Counted from the first letter of the stretch, positions 20,677-31,814 are shown. The stretch: DNA of 64,000 bases from Cyanobacteria bacterium J06626_4 (GCA_038523235.1 JBCBJQ010000023.1:1-64000), one strand, 5' to 3'. Notes: generated by a model not told the origin, from the sequence alone. Made by a program: numbers and translations.

Positions 20677-22542
20677 ATGGAATCACGTCGTAATCAAGCC
20701 CTTAACGTTCGTATTGAAGCTGCAAAAGCTGCCTTTGACCGAGAGCATTCCGTCCATGAAGCGAATGGTGAAGAACTGAAAAATCGTTTTGCGCAGGCGG
20801 GCGAATGCGCCAATGCTGAAGATGCTATTCGCAGCGGTAAGCCTTCCTACACTGCTAGTTACACGAAAGGCTTACCCCACCGAGAAGATGATGGTCTCAT
20901 TGCTGACCCCAACGATTTTCAACAATTTGTCCGCGCCATTGACTCCGGCGATGTTCGCGACTTTCGCGATACGCCTTTAGGCCCTTTACAGCGCGATGGC
21001 AACGGTCAAGTGATTGCCAAAGGGGCTCAGCCCAACCAACCGATTACCTGGCAATCGGGATTCACCAATTCGGCCGATGTGCAGCGCGTTAAAGGTGGCC
21101 CTGTCGGTGTCCGAGCTCCGGAAAGTCAGGGGGCGGGTAATACGTTTGACCTGCAAGGTCCTGATGCTCAGGCGGTGACTATGCCGCCGGTGCCCGTTGC
21201 CGATAGCGAAGAACTGATCGCTGAAATGGCAGAAGTTTATGAAATGGCCCTGGTTCGTGATGTCCCCTTTGCCAAGTTTGACTATGACAAAGACGTGCAG
21301 ACGGCGATCGCCCGGTTGAATTGCCTGACCTGGTTCAAAGGGGGCGAAATTGCTGGACTCTCGCCAGTCGCCCAGGCTCGCCGCCGGGGTCAGGTGACGC
21401 CGCAAAACGTTTTCCGGGGGACGACCTTCGGCGACGCTGTGGGCCCTTACCTCTCGCAGTTTCTCTGTGCGGGCACGCCGGAACTCGGCAGCAGTGGGGC
21501 CCAAACTGAAGCAAGCGCCCGCGCTGGCTTTGTCCGCTACGGGGCGCAGGTTTGGCAAAACAAGGTGCGCGTAGCGACGCCTTATCGCGACTACATGACC
21601 ACCTGGCAGGGGTGGCTAGATGTGCAAAATGGGGCTGACCTCCGCGGTACGGAAATCTATGAAGGCGATTGCCCTGAAAACCGTTATCGCTTTATCGCTA
21701 CACCCCGTGATTTGGCGACTTACGTCCACTACGACGCGCTGTACCAGGCGTATCTCAACGCCTGCCTGTCGCTGCTGGCGCTGAATGCCCCCTTTGATCC
21801 GGGCATTCCCTTTCAGCAGGCTGATGTGATTGATCGACAGCAGGGCTTCGCTCAGTTTGGTGGGCCACACATCTTGTCGCTAGTGACTGAGGTGGCAACG
21901 CGCGCCCTCAAGGCGGTGCGGTTTCAGAAGTTCAACGTGCATCGTCGGTTGCGCCCCGAAGGCGTTGGCGGACGTCTGCACCGCATGAAAAACACCCCTG
22001 GCAATCCGACCTTCCAGTCGTTCGAAGCGCTCTGCGATCGCCTGACCCATTCGGGTTTATTAGAAGCTGTGCGCGATCACAATGCGCGTCAAAATCGCAT
22101 TCAAGACGGTCGCGATTGCGATCAAGAGTTGGCCACGAGCTATCTCTTACCGATGGCTTTTCCCGAAGGGTCGCCCATGCACCCGGCCTATGGCGCGGGT
22201 CATGCGACGGTGGCGGGGGCCTGCGTGACGATTCTCAAGGCTTTTTTCGATCACCGCTACGTGTTGCCTCAGCCCTATGTTTATCCGGCTCCCTGCGGCA
22301 CTTCCCTCGAAGTTGCGACGGGCACCCCCGACCTAACCGTAGAAGGGGAACTCAATAAGCTGGCGTCCAACATCTCGATTGGCCGCAACTGGGCTGGCGT
22401 GCACTACTTCACTGACTATTCTGAGTCAGTGCGCTTGGGCGAAGCGATCGCGATCGGCATCTTAGAGGAGCAAAAGCTGACCTACGCTGAAAACTTCTCG
22501 ATGTCGGTGCCGCTGTTCGATGGTTCCACTGTACGGATCTAA
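20677..22542 (+). CDS. vanadium-dependent haloperoxidase (bromoperoxidase-like)
   Basis: KAVRFQKFNVHRRLRPE, HPAYGAGHATVAGAC, GRNWAGVHYFTD; also YTKGLPH and TPRDLATYVHYDALYQAYLNA. Confidence 0.92.
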   Translation: MESRRNQALNVRIEAAKAAFDREHSVHEANGEELKNRFAQAGECANAEDAIRSGKPSYTASYTKGLPHREDDGLIADPNDFQQFVRAIDSGDVRDFRDTPLGPLQRDGNGQVIAKGAQPNQPITWQSGFTNSADVQRVKGGPVGVRAPESQGAGNTFDLQGPDAQAVTMPPVPVADSEELIAEMAEVYEMALVRDVPFAKFDYDKDVQTAIARLNCLTWFKGGEIAGLSPVAQARRRGQVTPQNVFRGTTFGDAVGPYLSQFLCAGTPELGSSGAQTEASARAGFVRYGAQVWQNKVRVATPYRDYMTTWQGWLDVQNGADLRGTEIYEGDCPENRYRFIATPRDLATYVHYDALYQAYLNACLSLLALNAPFDPGIPFQQADVIDRQQGFAQFGGPHILSLVTEVATRALKAVRFQKFNVHRRLRPEGVGGRLHRMKNTPGNPTFQSFEALCDRLTHSGLLEAVRDHNARQNRIQDGRDCDQELATSYLLPMAFPEGSPMHPAYGAGHATVAGACVTILKAFFDHRYVLPQPYVYPAPCGTSLEVATGTPDLTVEGELNKLASNISIGRNWAGVHYFTDYSESVRLGEAIAIGILEEQKLTYAENFSMSVPLFDGSTVRI

Positions 22543-22583
22543 TGCCTCAGCTGTCGGCCCTTTGATCTAAGGGCTGATCGGTT

Positions 22584-22620
22584 AACAGCCGCGCCAGGAG
22601 ATTTCTGGCGCGGCTGTTTT
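22584..22620 (+). terminator. terminator between convergent genes
   Basis: AACAGCCGCGCCAG-gagattt-CTGGCGCGGCTGTT-TT. Confidence 0.8.
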
Positions 22621-22744
22621 CGTTACTCCCCAGTTTTGACGTATTCGCTAAAAAAGGCGTCGTGAAGTTAATCAGGACGCCTTCTTAAAGACCAAGACAG
22701 TAATCAATTTGTGGTCTCAGAAGCGGTTGCCGAGAAGTTGCAAC

Positions 22745-23065
22745 CTAGAGATATTTTTCTAACGTGTTGGCGAGGGTTGTTTTGGGAACTGCACCGACCA
22801 CCATGTCAACCCGCTGACCGTCTTTGAAAATCATCAGCGTGGGGATGCTGCGGATGCCGTACTGGCTGGCAACACTGGGGTTTTCATCGGTGTTGAGCTT
22901 AACAACTTTGACCTGACCGTCGTACTGCTCAGAAATTTCGTCTACGACTGGGGCCACCATTCGGCATGGGCCGCACCAGGGAGCCCAAAAATCGACTAGA
23001 ACAGGGAGTGCGCTCTCAAGCACATCTTGCTTGAATGAAGAATCGGTTACTTGTACGGCTGACAT
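22745..23065 (-). CDS. trxA: thioredoxin (m-type)
   Basis: [32 protein letters not shown]. Confidence 0.95.
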   Translation of the reverse strand: MSAVQVTDSSFKQDVLESALPVLVDFWAPWCGPCRMVAPVVDEISEQYDGQVKVVKLNTDENPSVASQYGIRSIPTLMIFKDGQRVDMVVGAVPKTTLANTLEKYL

Positions 23066-23334
23066 GCCTTAGATATCCTTACCTTTCCTAATCACCAGAA
23101 TATTACCATAGCCAATGCCGCGTCTCTATCAGGCAGGAGATTTGCATTTGCACACACTTGGCCATCAGGGCCGTGTGATACCTTGCGTAGCTGATGGCCT
23201 ATTCAAGATGCTGAAAGTCTCTGGCAGCGGTGAATTGGCGTAATGGAGGGGAGAACGCCCGCTCTCACCCAGCCGGGGCTTGGCCAGCGCAACGAACAGC
23301 AATATCGTTACAAACCTTTCGACAAGCGGTCTGG

Positions 23335-23652
23335 TTAGAGATGGGAACGCAAACGCTGAGCCAGCTGATCCGCCGTTTGTACCCCTTCAATGCGCTCAAC
23401 GGGCTGGCCGTTTTTGAATAAAACGAGGGTTGGGAGCGCATGAATCTGGTACTGCGAGGCCAATTGCGCATAGCGATCGGTGTCAATTTTGACGACTTTG
23501 ATTTGACCACTGAGCTGGGTATTGAGCTGCTCTAAAATCGGCGACATGATTTGGCAGGGGCCACACCACGTTGCATAAAAATCGACGAGGACGGGCAGCT
23601 CGCTCTGGGCAAGCAAATCAGCAAAACTGGTGAACTTCTGTTTGGTAGCCAT
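23335..23652 (-). CDS. thioredoxin (y-type-like)
   Basis: KQKFTSF...VDFYATWCGPC, ALPTLVLFK. Confidence 0.9.
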   Translation of the reverse strand: MATKQKFTSFADLLAQSELPVLVDFYATWCGPCQIMSPILEQLNTQLSGQIKVVKIDTDRYAQLASQYQIHALPTLVLFKNGQPVERIEGVQTADQLAQRLRSHL

Positions 23653-23750
23653 TGCAACGAAAGGCGAGTTGACTGTTGTAGGCTAATCCGCATTTGGCTG
23701 ACGGGCTGCCAGATACCGGAATCTTTTAACAGGATGGCTGGATGGCGTAA

Positions 23751-24539
<789 letters not shown>

Positions 24540-24665
24540 CCGCCCGACTTTCTTGAAGTCGCTGGAGCCTCTTGGAGCGGTTTTCCCCGATTACTTTTGG
24601 GGCGCTACGGGGACTCTCTGAGCCTGCCAAGTGCAGCATTGGCATAACGGTGGCAGATGCGCCGA

Positions 24666-24974
24666 TTAACGGTTGAGCAGCTGACAGATGTGGACGCCAA
24701 CCCCTTCGGGTGAAAACGGCTGGGTGAGGCCCTTTTGAGTACCCGCGAGGAGCGTGCGCGTGCGATCGCGACAGTTATATCGAGCTAACGGTTGGGGCTC
24801 ACCATCGACGGTTGCCTGCACGCGATAGCGCCAGTGATATTTGGCACTACGCTGTACGCGTTCCAGACAGATTTCGTGCTGATTTTGAATCCGGCAATTA
24901 CGGGCGAGAGCCGGGGGCGCCATGGCGAGAACCAGGGCGATCGCGATTAAAATTCCCACCAGTAGCCGGCGCAT
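24666..24974 (-). CDS. small secreted hypothetical protein (four Cys)
   Basis: Signal peptide ending ALA; RSAKYHWRYR. Confidence 0.7.
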   Translation of the reverse strand: MRRLLVGILIAIALVLAMAPPALARNCRIQNQHEICLERVQRSAKYHWRYRVQATVDGEPQPLARYNCRDRTRTLLAGTQKGLTQPFSPEGVGVHICQLLNR

Positions 24975-25134
24975 GTCGCTCTATCCACGATGCTTTGCTT
25001 TCTCAGTTTGGCAGATTAGGCGCATTCATCGGAGCGCGATCGCCTGACGTTTCCTGTATCGTGACCCAAAATTACCGCTGTAGACTTTGTAGACTAAGGA
25101 GGCATAGTCGTTGCCTTTGATTAACTCGTGCGGC

Positions 25135-25872
25135 ATGAAGCTACATCTCAAAATCTGGCGGCAGTCCAGCCCCGATCAGCCCGGACAGTTTGAGCGTTAC
25201 ACCGTGGCGGCAGCGCAGCCTGACATGTCTTTCTTAGAACTGTTGGACGTGCTAAATGAGCAGCTGATCGCTGAAGATAAGCTGCCCGTTGAGTTTGACC
25301 ACGACTGCCGTGAGGGCATCTGTGGCTCCTGTGGGGTGATGATTAACGGTCAAGCCCACGGTGCTCAGGCCAAAACGGCTACTTGTCAGCTCTATCTTCG
25401 GCACTTCAACGACGGCGATACCGTGGTAGTGGAACCCTGGCGAGCTCAAGCTTTCCCCATCATCAAAGACTTGGTGGTCGATCGCACCGCGCTGGATCGC
25501 ATCATGACGGTAGGAGGCTACATTTCGGTAAAAACCGGGTCAGCCCCCGAAGCCAACACCTTGCCCGTGGCGAAAGCGGATGCTGATCTCGCCTTTGACT
25601 ATGCCGCCTGCATTGGCTGCGGGGCCTGTGTTGCGGCTTGTCCGAATGCGTCGGCGTCGTTGTTTACGGCGGCCAAGATAGCGCATCTGTCGCTGCTGCC
25701 GCAGGGCCACCCAGAACGCCCGCAGCGGGTGCGGGCGATGACGCAACAAATGGCGACCGAGGGCTTTGGCGACTGCTCCAATCACGGTGAGTGCGAAGCG
25801 GTGTGTCCCAAGGGTATTTCTATTGACACGATCACCCGCATGCGCCGCGAATATGTGCGATCGCTCTTCTAG
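25135..25872 (+). CDS. sdhB: succinate dehydrogenase/fumarate reductase iron-sulfur subunit
   Basis: DCREGICGSC, CIGCGACVAACP, CSNHGECEAVCP. Confidence 0.9.
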   Translation: MKLHLKIWRQSSPDQPGQFERYTVAAAQPDMSFLELLDVLNEQLIAEDKLPVEFDHDCREGICGSCGVMINGQAHGAQAKTATCQLYLRHFNDGDTVVVEPWRAQAFPIIKDLVVDRTALDRIMTVGGYISVKTGSAPEANTLPVAKADADLAFDYAACIGCGACVAACPNASASLFTAAKIAHLSLLPQGHPERPQRVRAMTQQMATEGFGDCSNHGECEAVCPKGISIDTITRMRREYVRSLF

Positions 25873-25992
25873 CCGGAGTCACGAGGACGGCATCGAACGT
25901 TCTTATGGGTTTGCATGTTCCCTCGAAAACTCTGTCAGATTTTGTACTTTCGGCAGGGCATTGCAGTTGCCTGAAGACAATTAGCTTCAAAA

Positions 25993-26817
25993 TTACGGAA
26001 AGATTTGTGGATATTCTTCTGGATAACGGCCGTAACTTTGAGCAGTACATTCTTGCTCTGATGAACAACACTCTTGATAACGATATTCAACTAACTGGAA
26101 TTCACTTCCTTGGAATTGGTAATGAGCGAACGAGCCACAATCTGCCATACCTCTTGCTTTGCTGAAAATCGATAAAATTTCTTCGCTAGGCTCGAAGAGT
26201 CGTCTGCCACTCACGATATAGCTTTCATGACGAACTAAATCTCCTAAATCGTTATATCGGTATCTTGCAAATGATAGAGGTGTGATTTCTGCTTCGGAAA
26301 TAATTGAGTGCTGGTTTACACTGCTCGTTAGAAAGTAATAGCCTTCCTCATCTCTACGATAGGCCTCTGATGGTTGACGACTCATCTCAACTTCACTGAC
26401 TAAAGAACTGGGTTGATAGAGGAAGTAACTATACGAGGTATTGTATGTTCCTAAACCGCAAATTTGCTCTACAAGATATTTTTGAGAGGTGAGCTTATAC
26501 AGTTTGGGAAAGTATTGTAACAGCAAGAGTTCATAAGTTTCTCCCTCGCACAGACGGGTTCTTTTGTTCTGCCGAGCTAAATAGTTGAGCAACCTGACAC
26601 TGAGTAAAGGAACTTCAGAGACATCCGGAGAAAAGCTCTCTTGAGTTGCCTGTTGATAGATCTGCTCAGAGACATCAGCCTGTTCATTTTCTATGGCAGG
26701 AGCAGTCAACAAAGCTTCTGTAGAGGAAGTATTTTCGTAAGAACCAGTGCAGCTCTGCAGAATGAATACGGCACCGTAGCAAACAAGGTATTTCAAACCT
26801 GAGATGTACATAGACAT
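25993..26817 (-). CDS. DUF1176-like lipoprotein
   Basis: Lipobox-like LQSC; C.LGTYN; KARGMADCG...Y.F....F.L.EYR; locally AT-rich. Confidence 0.7.
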   Translation of the reverse strand: MSMYISGLKYLVCYGAVFILQSCTGSYENTSSTEALLTAPAIENEQADVSEQIYQQATQESFSPDVSEVPLLSVRLLNYLARQNKRTRLCEGETYELLLLQYFPKLYKLTSQKYLVEQICGLGTYNTSYSYFLYQPSSLVSEVEMSRQPSEAYRRDEEGYYFLTSSVNQHSIISEAEITPLSFARYRYNDLGDLVRHESYIVSGRRLFEPSEEILSIFSKARGMADCGSFAHYQFQGSEFQLVEYRYQECCSSEQECTAQSYGRYPEEYPQIFP

Positions 26818-26892
26818 AAGTATTTTTGCTCTCTGGAGAAAACCTCAATGTTCCAGTGAACCTCACACTTTTGAGAAGTCGTTTGTTTTAGC

Positions 26893-28452
26893 TTAGTGGG
26901 CGCTACTGCCTAACAAAAATAGCCCCAACATCGTGATGCTGTTCCAGGCGCTGTGCAGCAGCATGGGTGCCAGTAAGTTGCGCGATCGCGTGTAGACAAT
27001 CCCCAAAACCATGCCGAGTACAGTGAGCGGCAGCACTTCTGAAAGACTGAGGTGCGCGATCGCAAACACCAGGCTGCTGACGAGAATGGCCCCCCATACG
27101 GGCAGATAGCGCGTCAGCGACGGTAGCAAAAAGCCGCGAAATAAAAACTCTTCAAACAGGGGGGCGGCGAGGGAGGCGGTGGCAAAAAAGATGGCCAACG
27201 CCCAGGGGTCTTGCGCTTCTAAAACGGTCTGCAGCAGCGGATTGCTGCCGCCTTGCCCTTGCCAGATCTGCTGGTTGAGCAAAGAGACGGTCAACATCAG
27301 CGGCAGCGCGGCCAGATAGCCGCCCAATCCCCATAGCAGCCAACCCCCTTGGAAACGGAGACGAAACCAGTCTTTCGGTAAGGGGCGATAGCTGCGAATG
27401 GCGAAAAACAGTACCGCGATCGCCCCCGCTGACATCATGAGGTAATAGGCCAGGGCAAACAACGCCTGACCGCGAATGCCAAAGGCCGCTAGGGGACTTC
27501 TGAGAGGCATGATTAGTAGCGGCACGATCAGCTGACCCATAAACAAAAAGCCGCCAACCACGACCAACCACACGGTTTCGACCGACCATGGGGTTTCCCA
27601 GCCTTGATCGCGATTTTTTGCCAGCAGCGAGTCGGTGCCCTTGATCAAGCGTTGAATACCGACGAAAATCAGCACCCCAATTCCCAGCACTGTGCCGATT
27701 ACGGGCACGACTCCCACTGCCGCCAAAGTGATGACGAGACTCTGAGCAGTGGCAGTTTCTGCTTGCTCCAGTTGGGCCAAGGCATCAGCGGCGGCGGTGC
27801 GATTGTACAGTTCGGTCAGGGCGCGATCTCGAAACCAGCCCTGCAGCGTCGATTGCAACAGCGCGGCACTGTCAGCGGGCACGGCGTCACCTTGCCACAG
27901 CAAGTTCAGCGTATCGGCTGTGCGCCATAGGTCATTGCCTCTAGCCTGACGGGCCTTGACAGCTTCCCAGTTGGCTTGGGCCGCAGCGACATCGCCCTGT
28001 TCCGCATTGAGAATGCCCAGCCGCAAATCAAGCAGATCGAGGAGTTCTGACTGCTCGGTGAGGGCGGCTTGCAACCGAGGTGAGGGCGCGACAGTGGCAG
28101 TTTCAGCAGTGTTGTCTGTGATGGTTTTGAGGGCGGTGGTGCGCACCGAATCATAGGTCTTTTGCGCATCCTGCAGGGGCTGGTCGCCCAGCAAATTTTG
28201 TCGCACCAGCGTCGCCTGCTCGTCCGATAGGCCCCCGCCATCCCAAGCGGTGGTGCGCAGTAGCAAATCAGTTTGGTATAGCTCTAGCCGACTCGCGACT
28301 TGCGGTTCATTCCAGCTGGCAATGAGGCTGCTTCCCATGACGATGCCCACCACCAAAGTGATCACAAAGAGCGTCACCCGGCGGAGGGTGAGCGGCAACT
28401 GAGGGGCGATGTTGGAATCCATAGGGGTTGACCAAGTCTGCAAACGCTGCAT
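26893..28452 (-). CDS. CPBP family intramembrane metalloprotease (CAAX/Abi)
   Basis: APLFEEFLFRG, FAIAH, LLHSAWN. Confidence 0.9.
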   Translation of the reverse strand: MQRLQTWSTPMDSNIAPQLPLTLRRVTLFVITLVVGIVMGSSLIASWNEPQVASRLELYQTDLLLRTTAWDGGGLSDEQATLVRQNLLGDQPLQDAQKTYDSVRTTALKTITDNTAETATVAPSPRLQAALTEQSELLDLLDLRLGILNAEQGDVAAAQANWEAVKARQARGNDLWRTADTLNLLWQGDAVPADSAALLQSTLQGWFRDRALTELYNRTAAADALAQLEQAETATAQSLVITLAAVGVVPVIGTVLGIGVLIFVGIQRLIKGTDSLLAKNRDQGWETPWSVETVWLVVVGGFLFMGQLIVPLLIMPLRSPLAAFGIRGQALFALAYYLMMSAGAIAVLFFAIRSYRPLPKDWFRLRFQGGWLLWGLGGYLAALPLMLTVSLLNQQIWQGQGGSNPLLQTVLEAQDPWALAIFFATASLAAPLFEEFLFRGFLLPSLTRYLPVWGAILVSSLVFAIAHLSLSEVLPLTVLGMVLGIVYTRSRNLLAPMLLHSAWNSITMLGLFLLGSSAH

Positions 28453-28516
28453 TTCAGCGTAACCGTTATTTCCCCTCGGGGATAGTTGGGGCCGGGCGGT
28501 TTGCCGCTAGAGGCCG

Positions 28517-29200
28517 CTAAGCTGCCCGCACGACCAGCATTTCGTTGCCCCCGCGTTGAAACTCGTAGTCAACGCGCTGTCGAGAGACCGTGAATCCGTC
28601 ACTGAGCAGCTGTGCGGTCACTGCGGCTAGGTGCGGTGAAAGCTGACAGTCGAGGGTGAGTAAGGGAAAGAGCCTCACTTCACGAGCGACGCGCAGCAGC
28701 TCCCGCAGCGATTGTTGATGAAACTCGCAAGACAGGTGATCGCTGTAAAGCCACAAAAAATGCGAGACCAGCGCCAGGTCAAAGTGATCATCTGCAAACG
28801 GCAAGTCGGGCAGACTGCCGGGGCGGTAGCGGCCCGCCTGTTTGCCGGCCTCATAGTCGGCTAAAAACTGCGTCATGGCCGCCATGCGTACCCGGCCGAG
28901 GTCTTCGACCGAGGCGATCGCTGTCCACACATAATCGGCCTGGGAGTGCTGCAACTGCTGCAAAATCGTGTCGTAGGTGGCGGCAATGCAATCACGAATT
29001 TGCGGCTTGCTAAAGGCGTAGAGCGGATCAACTGAAATCACTTGCCCCCCGCGCTGCGTCAACCCGGCGTTGAAAGCGGCAGGGCCATCGGCGCAGCCTA
29101 AAATCCGTTGCCCGAGCTCGACTGTGGTGAGTGCAAACATCTGCCGATATTCTGCATAGGATCGTCCCCAAGGCACGATCTCGTTAAGGGTTAAGGCCAT
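28517..29200 (-). CDS. SAM-dependent methyltransferase-like protein
   Basis: ILGCADGPAAFN, LPFADDHFDLAL. Confidence 0.8.
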   Translation of the reverse strand: MALTLNEIVPWGRSYAEYRQMFALTTVELGQRILGCADGPAAFNAGLTQRGGQVISVDPLYAFSKPQIRDCIAATYDTILQQLQHSQADYVWTAIASVEDLGRVRMAAMTQFLADYEAGKQAGRYRPGSLPDLPFADDHFDLALVSHFLWLYSDHLSCEFHQQSLRELLRVAREVRLFPLLTLDCQLSPHLAAVTAQLLSDGFTVSRQRVDYEFQRGGNEMLVVRAA

Positions 29201-29360
29201 GGTTAAAACGATGATAAGGACTTGCGAAACCCATCACCGGCGGTGGGGCATTGGGGGCCGCAGAGGCAAACGGCCGTCGGGAAAGCCCGGCGCGATCGCG
29301 ATGGGTTAGTCGGGTGGCTGCCGCCTGAGGAGCAACCGGCGTAAGTTAAAGATTGCGCTC

Positions 29361-30533
29361 TTGATAAAGTTTCCTGTGTTAGTGTTTGAAGGATCATCTG
29401 CATCGGGGTTGTTCTTCCGACGCGTGGAAGCACTTTCAGACAAACTTTACCAAGAGCTTAAGCAAGCCACTCGGGCTTCTGATAAAAGTAGCCGAGCCAC
29501 GGCAGAGCGTTTAAGTGAAGAGGTACAGAGGATCTGTACCCAGAGTCAGCGCATTCAAGATTCTGGCGAGGTGGAAACTTGGGCGCAAAACCTGGGTATG
29601 CATCGCCTCAATCAATGTCTTAAGTACTACCGACTGGGCTCGATTAAGGGCCGCGTAGAACTACACAGCACCCTCAGTGCGATCGTATACCGATACATTT
29701 CGCTGCCCCACACCCAAGCCAGTTATCAGGCGCGCCTCACCCTGATTGAAGACTTTTTGCAAAACTTTTATCTGGAGGCGCTTAATGCCTTTCGGCGAGA
29801 AACGGAAACCTCGAATGACTATCAACCCCGCACGCTGCTAGAGCTAGCGGAGTACATGGCGTTCACCGAGCGATATGGCAAGCGCCGGATTCCCCTGCCG
29901 GGTCGTCGCAGTCAGCAATTGGTGATTTTGCGGGCACAGACCTTTGCCAAACAGCAGCCGCCAGAAGCGACCGTCGATATTGAGCAGGCGGCCGACGGTG
30001 GTAGCAGCGAGGCTGACGATGTCAGAGATTCGGTGCCCATTCGCCGGTTACGGGAAGAATTAGTGGCCCAGCAAGACAGCTTGCCTGAAGAGGTGCTGCG
30101 CAATCGGGTCATTGAGGCTTTGTTGAGCTATTTGAAAGAACGCAATCAGGAAGACTGTGCTGACTATTTCACCTTGCGTCTGTTGGATCTGCCCACGGTA
30201 GAGATTGAATCCCTGCTCAAACTCACCCCCCGCCAGAGAGACTATTTGCAGCAGCGGTTTAAATATCACTTGGTGCGATTTGCCCTCTCTCATCATTGGG
30301 ACATTGTGCATGAGTGGCTGGAAGCCGATTTGGAGCGTAATCTGGGCCTGGCACCCCAGCAGTGGGATCAGCTGCACCAGACCATCAACGAAACTCAGAC
30401 GAAGCTGTTGCATCTCAAAAAAGAGGGTAATGATGACACTGAAATTGCGAAGCTGTTGGGTATCAGCTCAACTCAGCTGCAAAAGCAGTGGACCAAGCTG
30501 CTGGAGCATGCTTGGGAAATTCGCAATCTATAG
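29361..30533 (+). CDS. hetZ: HetZ-like DNA-binding protein
   Basis: GRVELHSTLSAIVYRYI, LELAEYMAFTERYGKRRI, QRDYLQQRFKYH and C-terminal HTH; true start may be GTG 29424. Confidence 0.85.
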   Translation: MIKFPVLVFEGSSASGLFFRRVEALSDKLYQELKQATRASDKSSRATAERLSEEVQRICTQSQRIQDSGEVETWAQNLGMHRLNQCLKYYRLGSIKGRVELHSTLSAIVYRYISLPHTQASYQARLTLIEDFLQNFYLEALNAFRRETETSNDYQPRTLLELAEYMAFTERYGKRRIPLPGRRSQQLVILRAQTFAKQQPPEATVDIEQAADGGSSEADDVRDSVPIRRLREELVAQQDSLPEEVLRNRVIEALLSYLKERNQEDCADYFTLRLLDLPTVEIESLLKLTPRQRDYLQQRFKYHLVRFALSHHWDIVHEWLEADLERNLGLAPQQWDQLHQTINETQTKLLHLKKEGNDDTEIAKLLGISSTQLQKQWTKLLEHAWEIRNL

Positions 30534-30616
30534 CGGGTATCTGGGGGCGACGTGTTTCTGCGATTTGTATTCTTTGTATTCTTGATTTGAATTGTCCGGA
30601 AGGGGGCCTACGTGCG

Positions 30617-31651
30617 ATGAAAAGTGACCCAGATATGATTCGGAGTTTTCTACTTGGGCTCCTTGAGCACTTTAGTCGGACAGATTCCTCGCCATCAGGG
30701 AAGGTTGACGATTTAGACGGAATATCCTCGCAAGTAGAACTCTCTCCCGAAACTATGCATCCCCCTCGTCCCGAGGCCGAAGGTGTTTCCAACCTGGCGG
30801 CCGACGAGACCGTATCCTCAACCTTCATCAACGACATGTCCATCGAAATGCCCCCCATTTCTGAACTTGGAGAGTTACCTGCTGTGCAAGACCATTTTCA
30901 AACGGTGCTAAAACGCCGACTCGAGATCGAAATCAGTCAAAATCCCCCTCTGTTTCCTTGGGAATCACAACTGCAGGAATATCCCGCTGAACTGACTGCC
31001 CTGAGCCCCCTACCGTGGATGCGGCAGTTGCGATCGCTGCAGCTGCCGACGGATCTGCCCGAAGACATCTTGGTGGGCCTGCTCAACCGCTGCCAAGAAC
31101 TCGTCGCGGAGTCCCTACAGCCTGGCATTCAGCTCGTCAAAGCGGTCGAGCATCTGTTTCCTGACCAACCTCAAGCCATGAATCAAATTGCCGGGTTGGT
31201 CTTGGCGGATGCCACTGCGCGCAGTACTGCGACGCGCGATCCAGAAGCTTTGAAAGCCGCCTTCCCTGAAGGATATGAGGGGGCTAACCCGCAGCAGCAA
31301 GTCACTTTGACCATGCTTGCGGCTAAGGATATCCTCAATACCCTGACGCTGACGCTGACGCCTGAGGTGCCCTCCGCCCAGCGGGAGTGGCTTACGACTG
31401 CAGGCCCCGTCACAGTGTCGGCTCAGTTACAGGCCGGTGCTCCTCAGCAAATCAGTCTGGTGGTCACCGTGCCCCAAGCTAGTCAAGTGAGTGTGCCAAG
31501 CCTGGGCCAGACGCAGACGCAAACTCAGGCAGGTGAGGTCACCTTGGTGCTGCCTGCGCCCACTGCTGGTGTGGCGTATCCGTTGGAAATTCGCTTGGGC
31601 GACGCTGAAGCGCCACCGCTGACGTTTGTGATTAGCTGGAACGAAGGCTAG
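30617..31651 (+). CDS. patU: PatU (full-length, PatU5-like plus PatU3-like regions)
   Basis: Directly downstream of hetZ; LGELPAVQDHFQTVLKRRL...PPLFPWE; QQQVTLTMLAAKDIL. Confidence 0.8.
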   Translation: MKSDPDMIRSFLLGLLEHFSRTDSSPSGKVDDLDGISSQVELSPETMHPPRPEAEGVSNLAADETVSSTFINDMSIEMPPISELGELPAVQDHFQTVLKRRLEIEISQNPPLFPWESQLQEYPAELTALSPLPWMRQLRSLQLPTDLPEDILVGLLNRCQELVAESLQPGIQLVKAVEHLFPDQPQAMNQIAGLVLADATARSTATRDPEALKAAFPEGYEGANPQQQVTLTMLAAKDILNTLTLTLTPEVPSAQREWLTTAGPVTVSAQLQAGAPQQISLVVTVPQASQVSVPSLGQTQTQTQAGEVTLVLPAPTAGVAYPLEIRLGDAEAPPLTFVISWNEG

Positions 31652-31778
31652 GGCAGGCCTTAAAAGACTCTCTGCCAATCTCTGGCGGTGGGAACTGCCT
31701 AAACTCGGTAGAGGCAGACTCTCAAACTGGCGTTGGCTCTCTGTGCCGACTGGATGAACTCAATACTGACGGTCATGG

Positions 31779-31814
31779 CGGTTCCTTGAGACTTCACTCA
31801 GGGAACCGATTTTT
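31779..31814 (+). terminator. rho-independent terminator after patU
   Basis: CGGTTCCTTGAG-acttca-CTCAGGGAACCG-ATTTTT. Confidence 0.7.

Noticed and set aside
25135..25872. orphan sdhB as an anomaly
   Set aside because: Dispersed sdh genes are normal in cyanobacteria.
29270..29292. HetR site upstream of hetZ (GGGAAAGCCC)
   Set aside because: Spacing is GGG-N4-CCC rather than the GGG-N5-CCC consensus.
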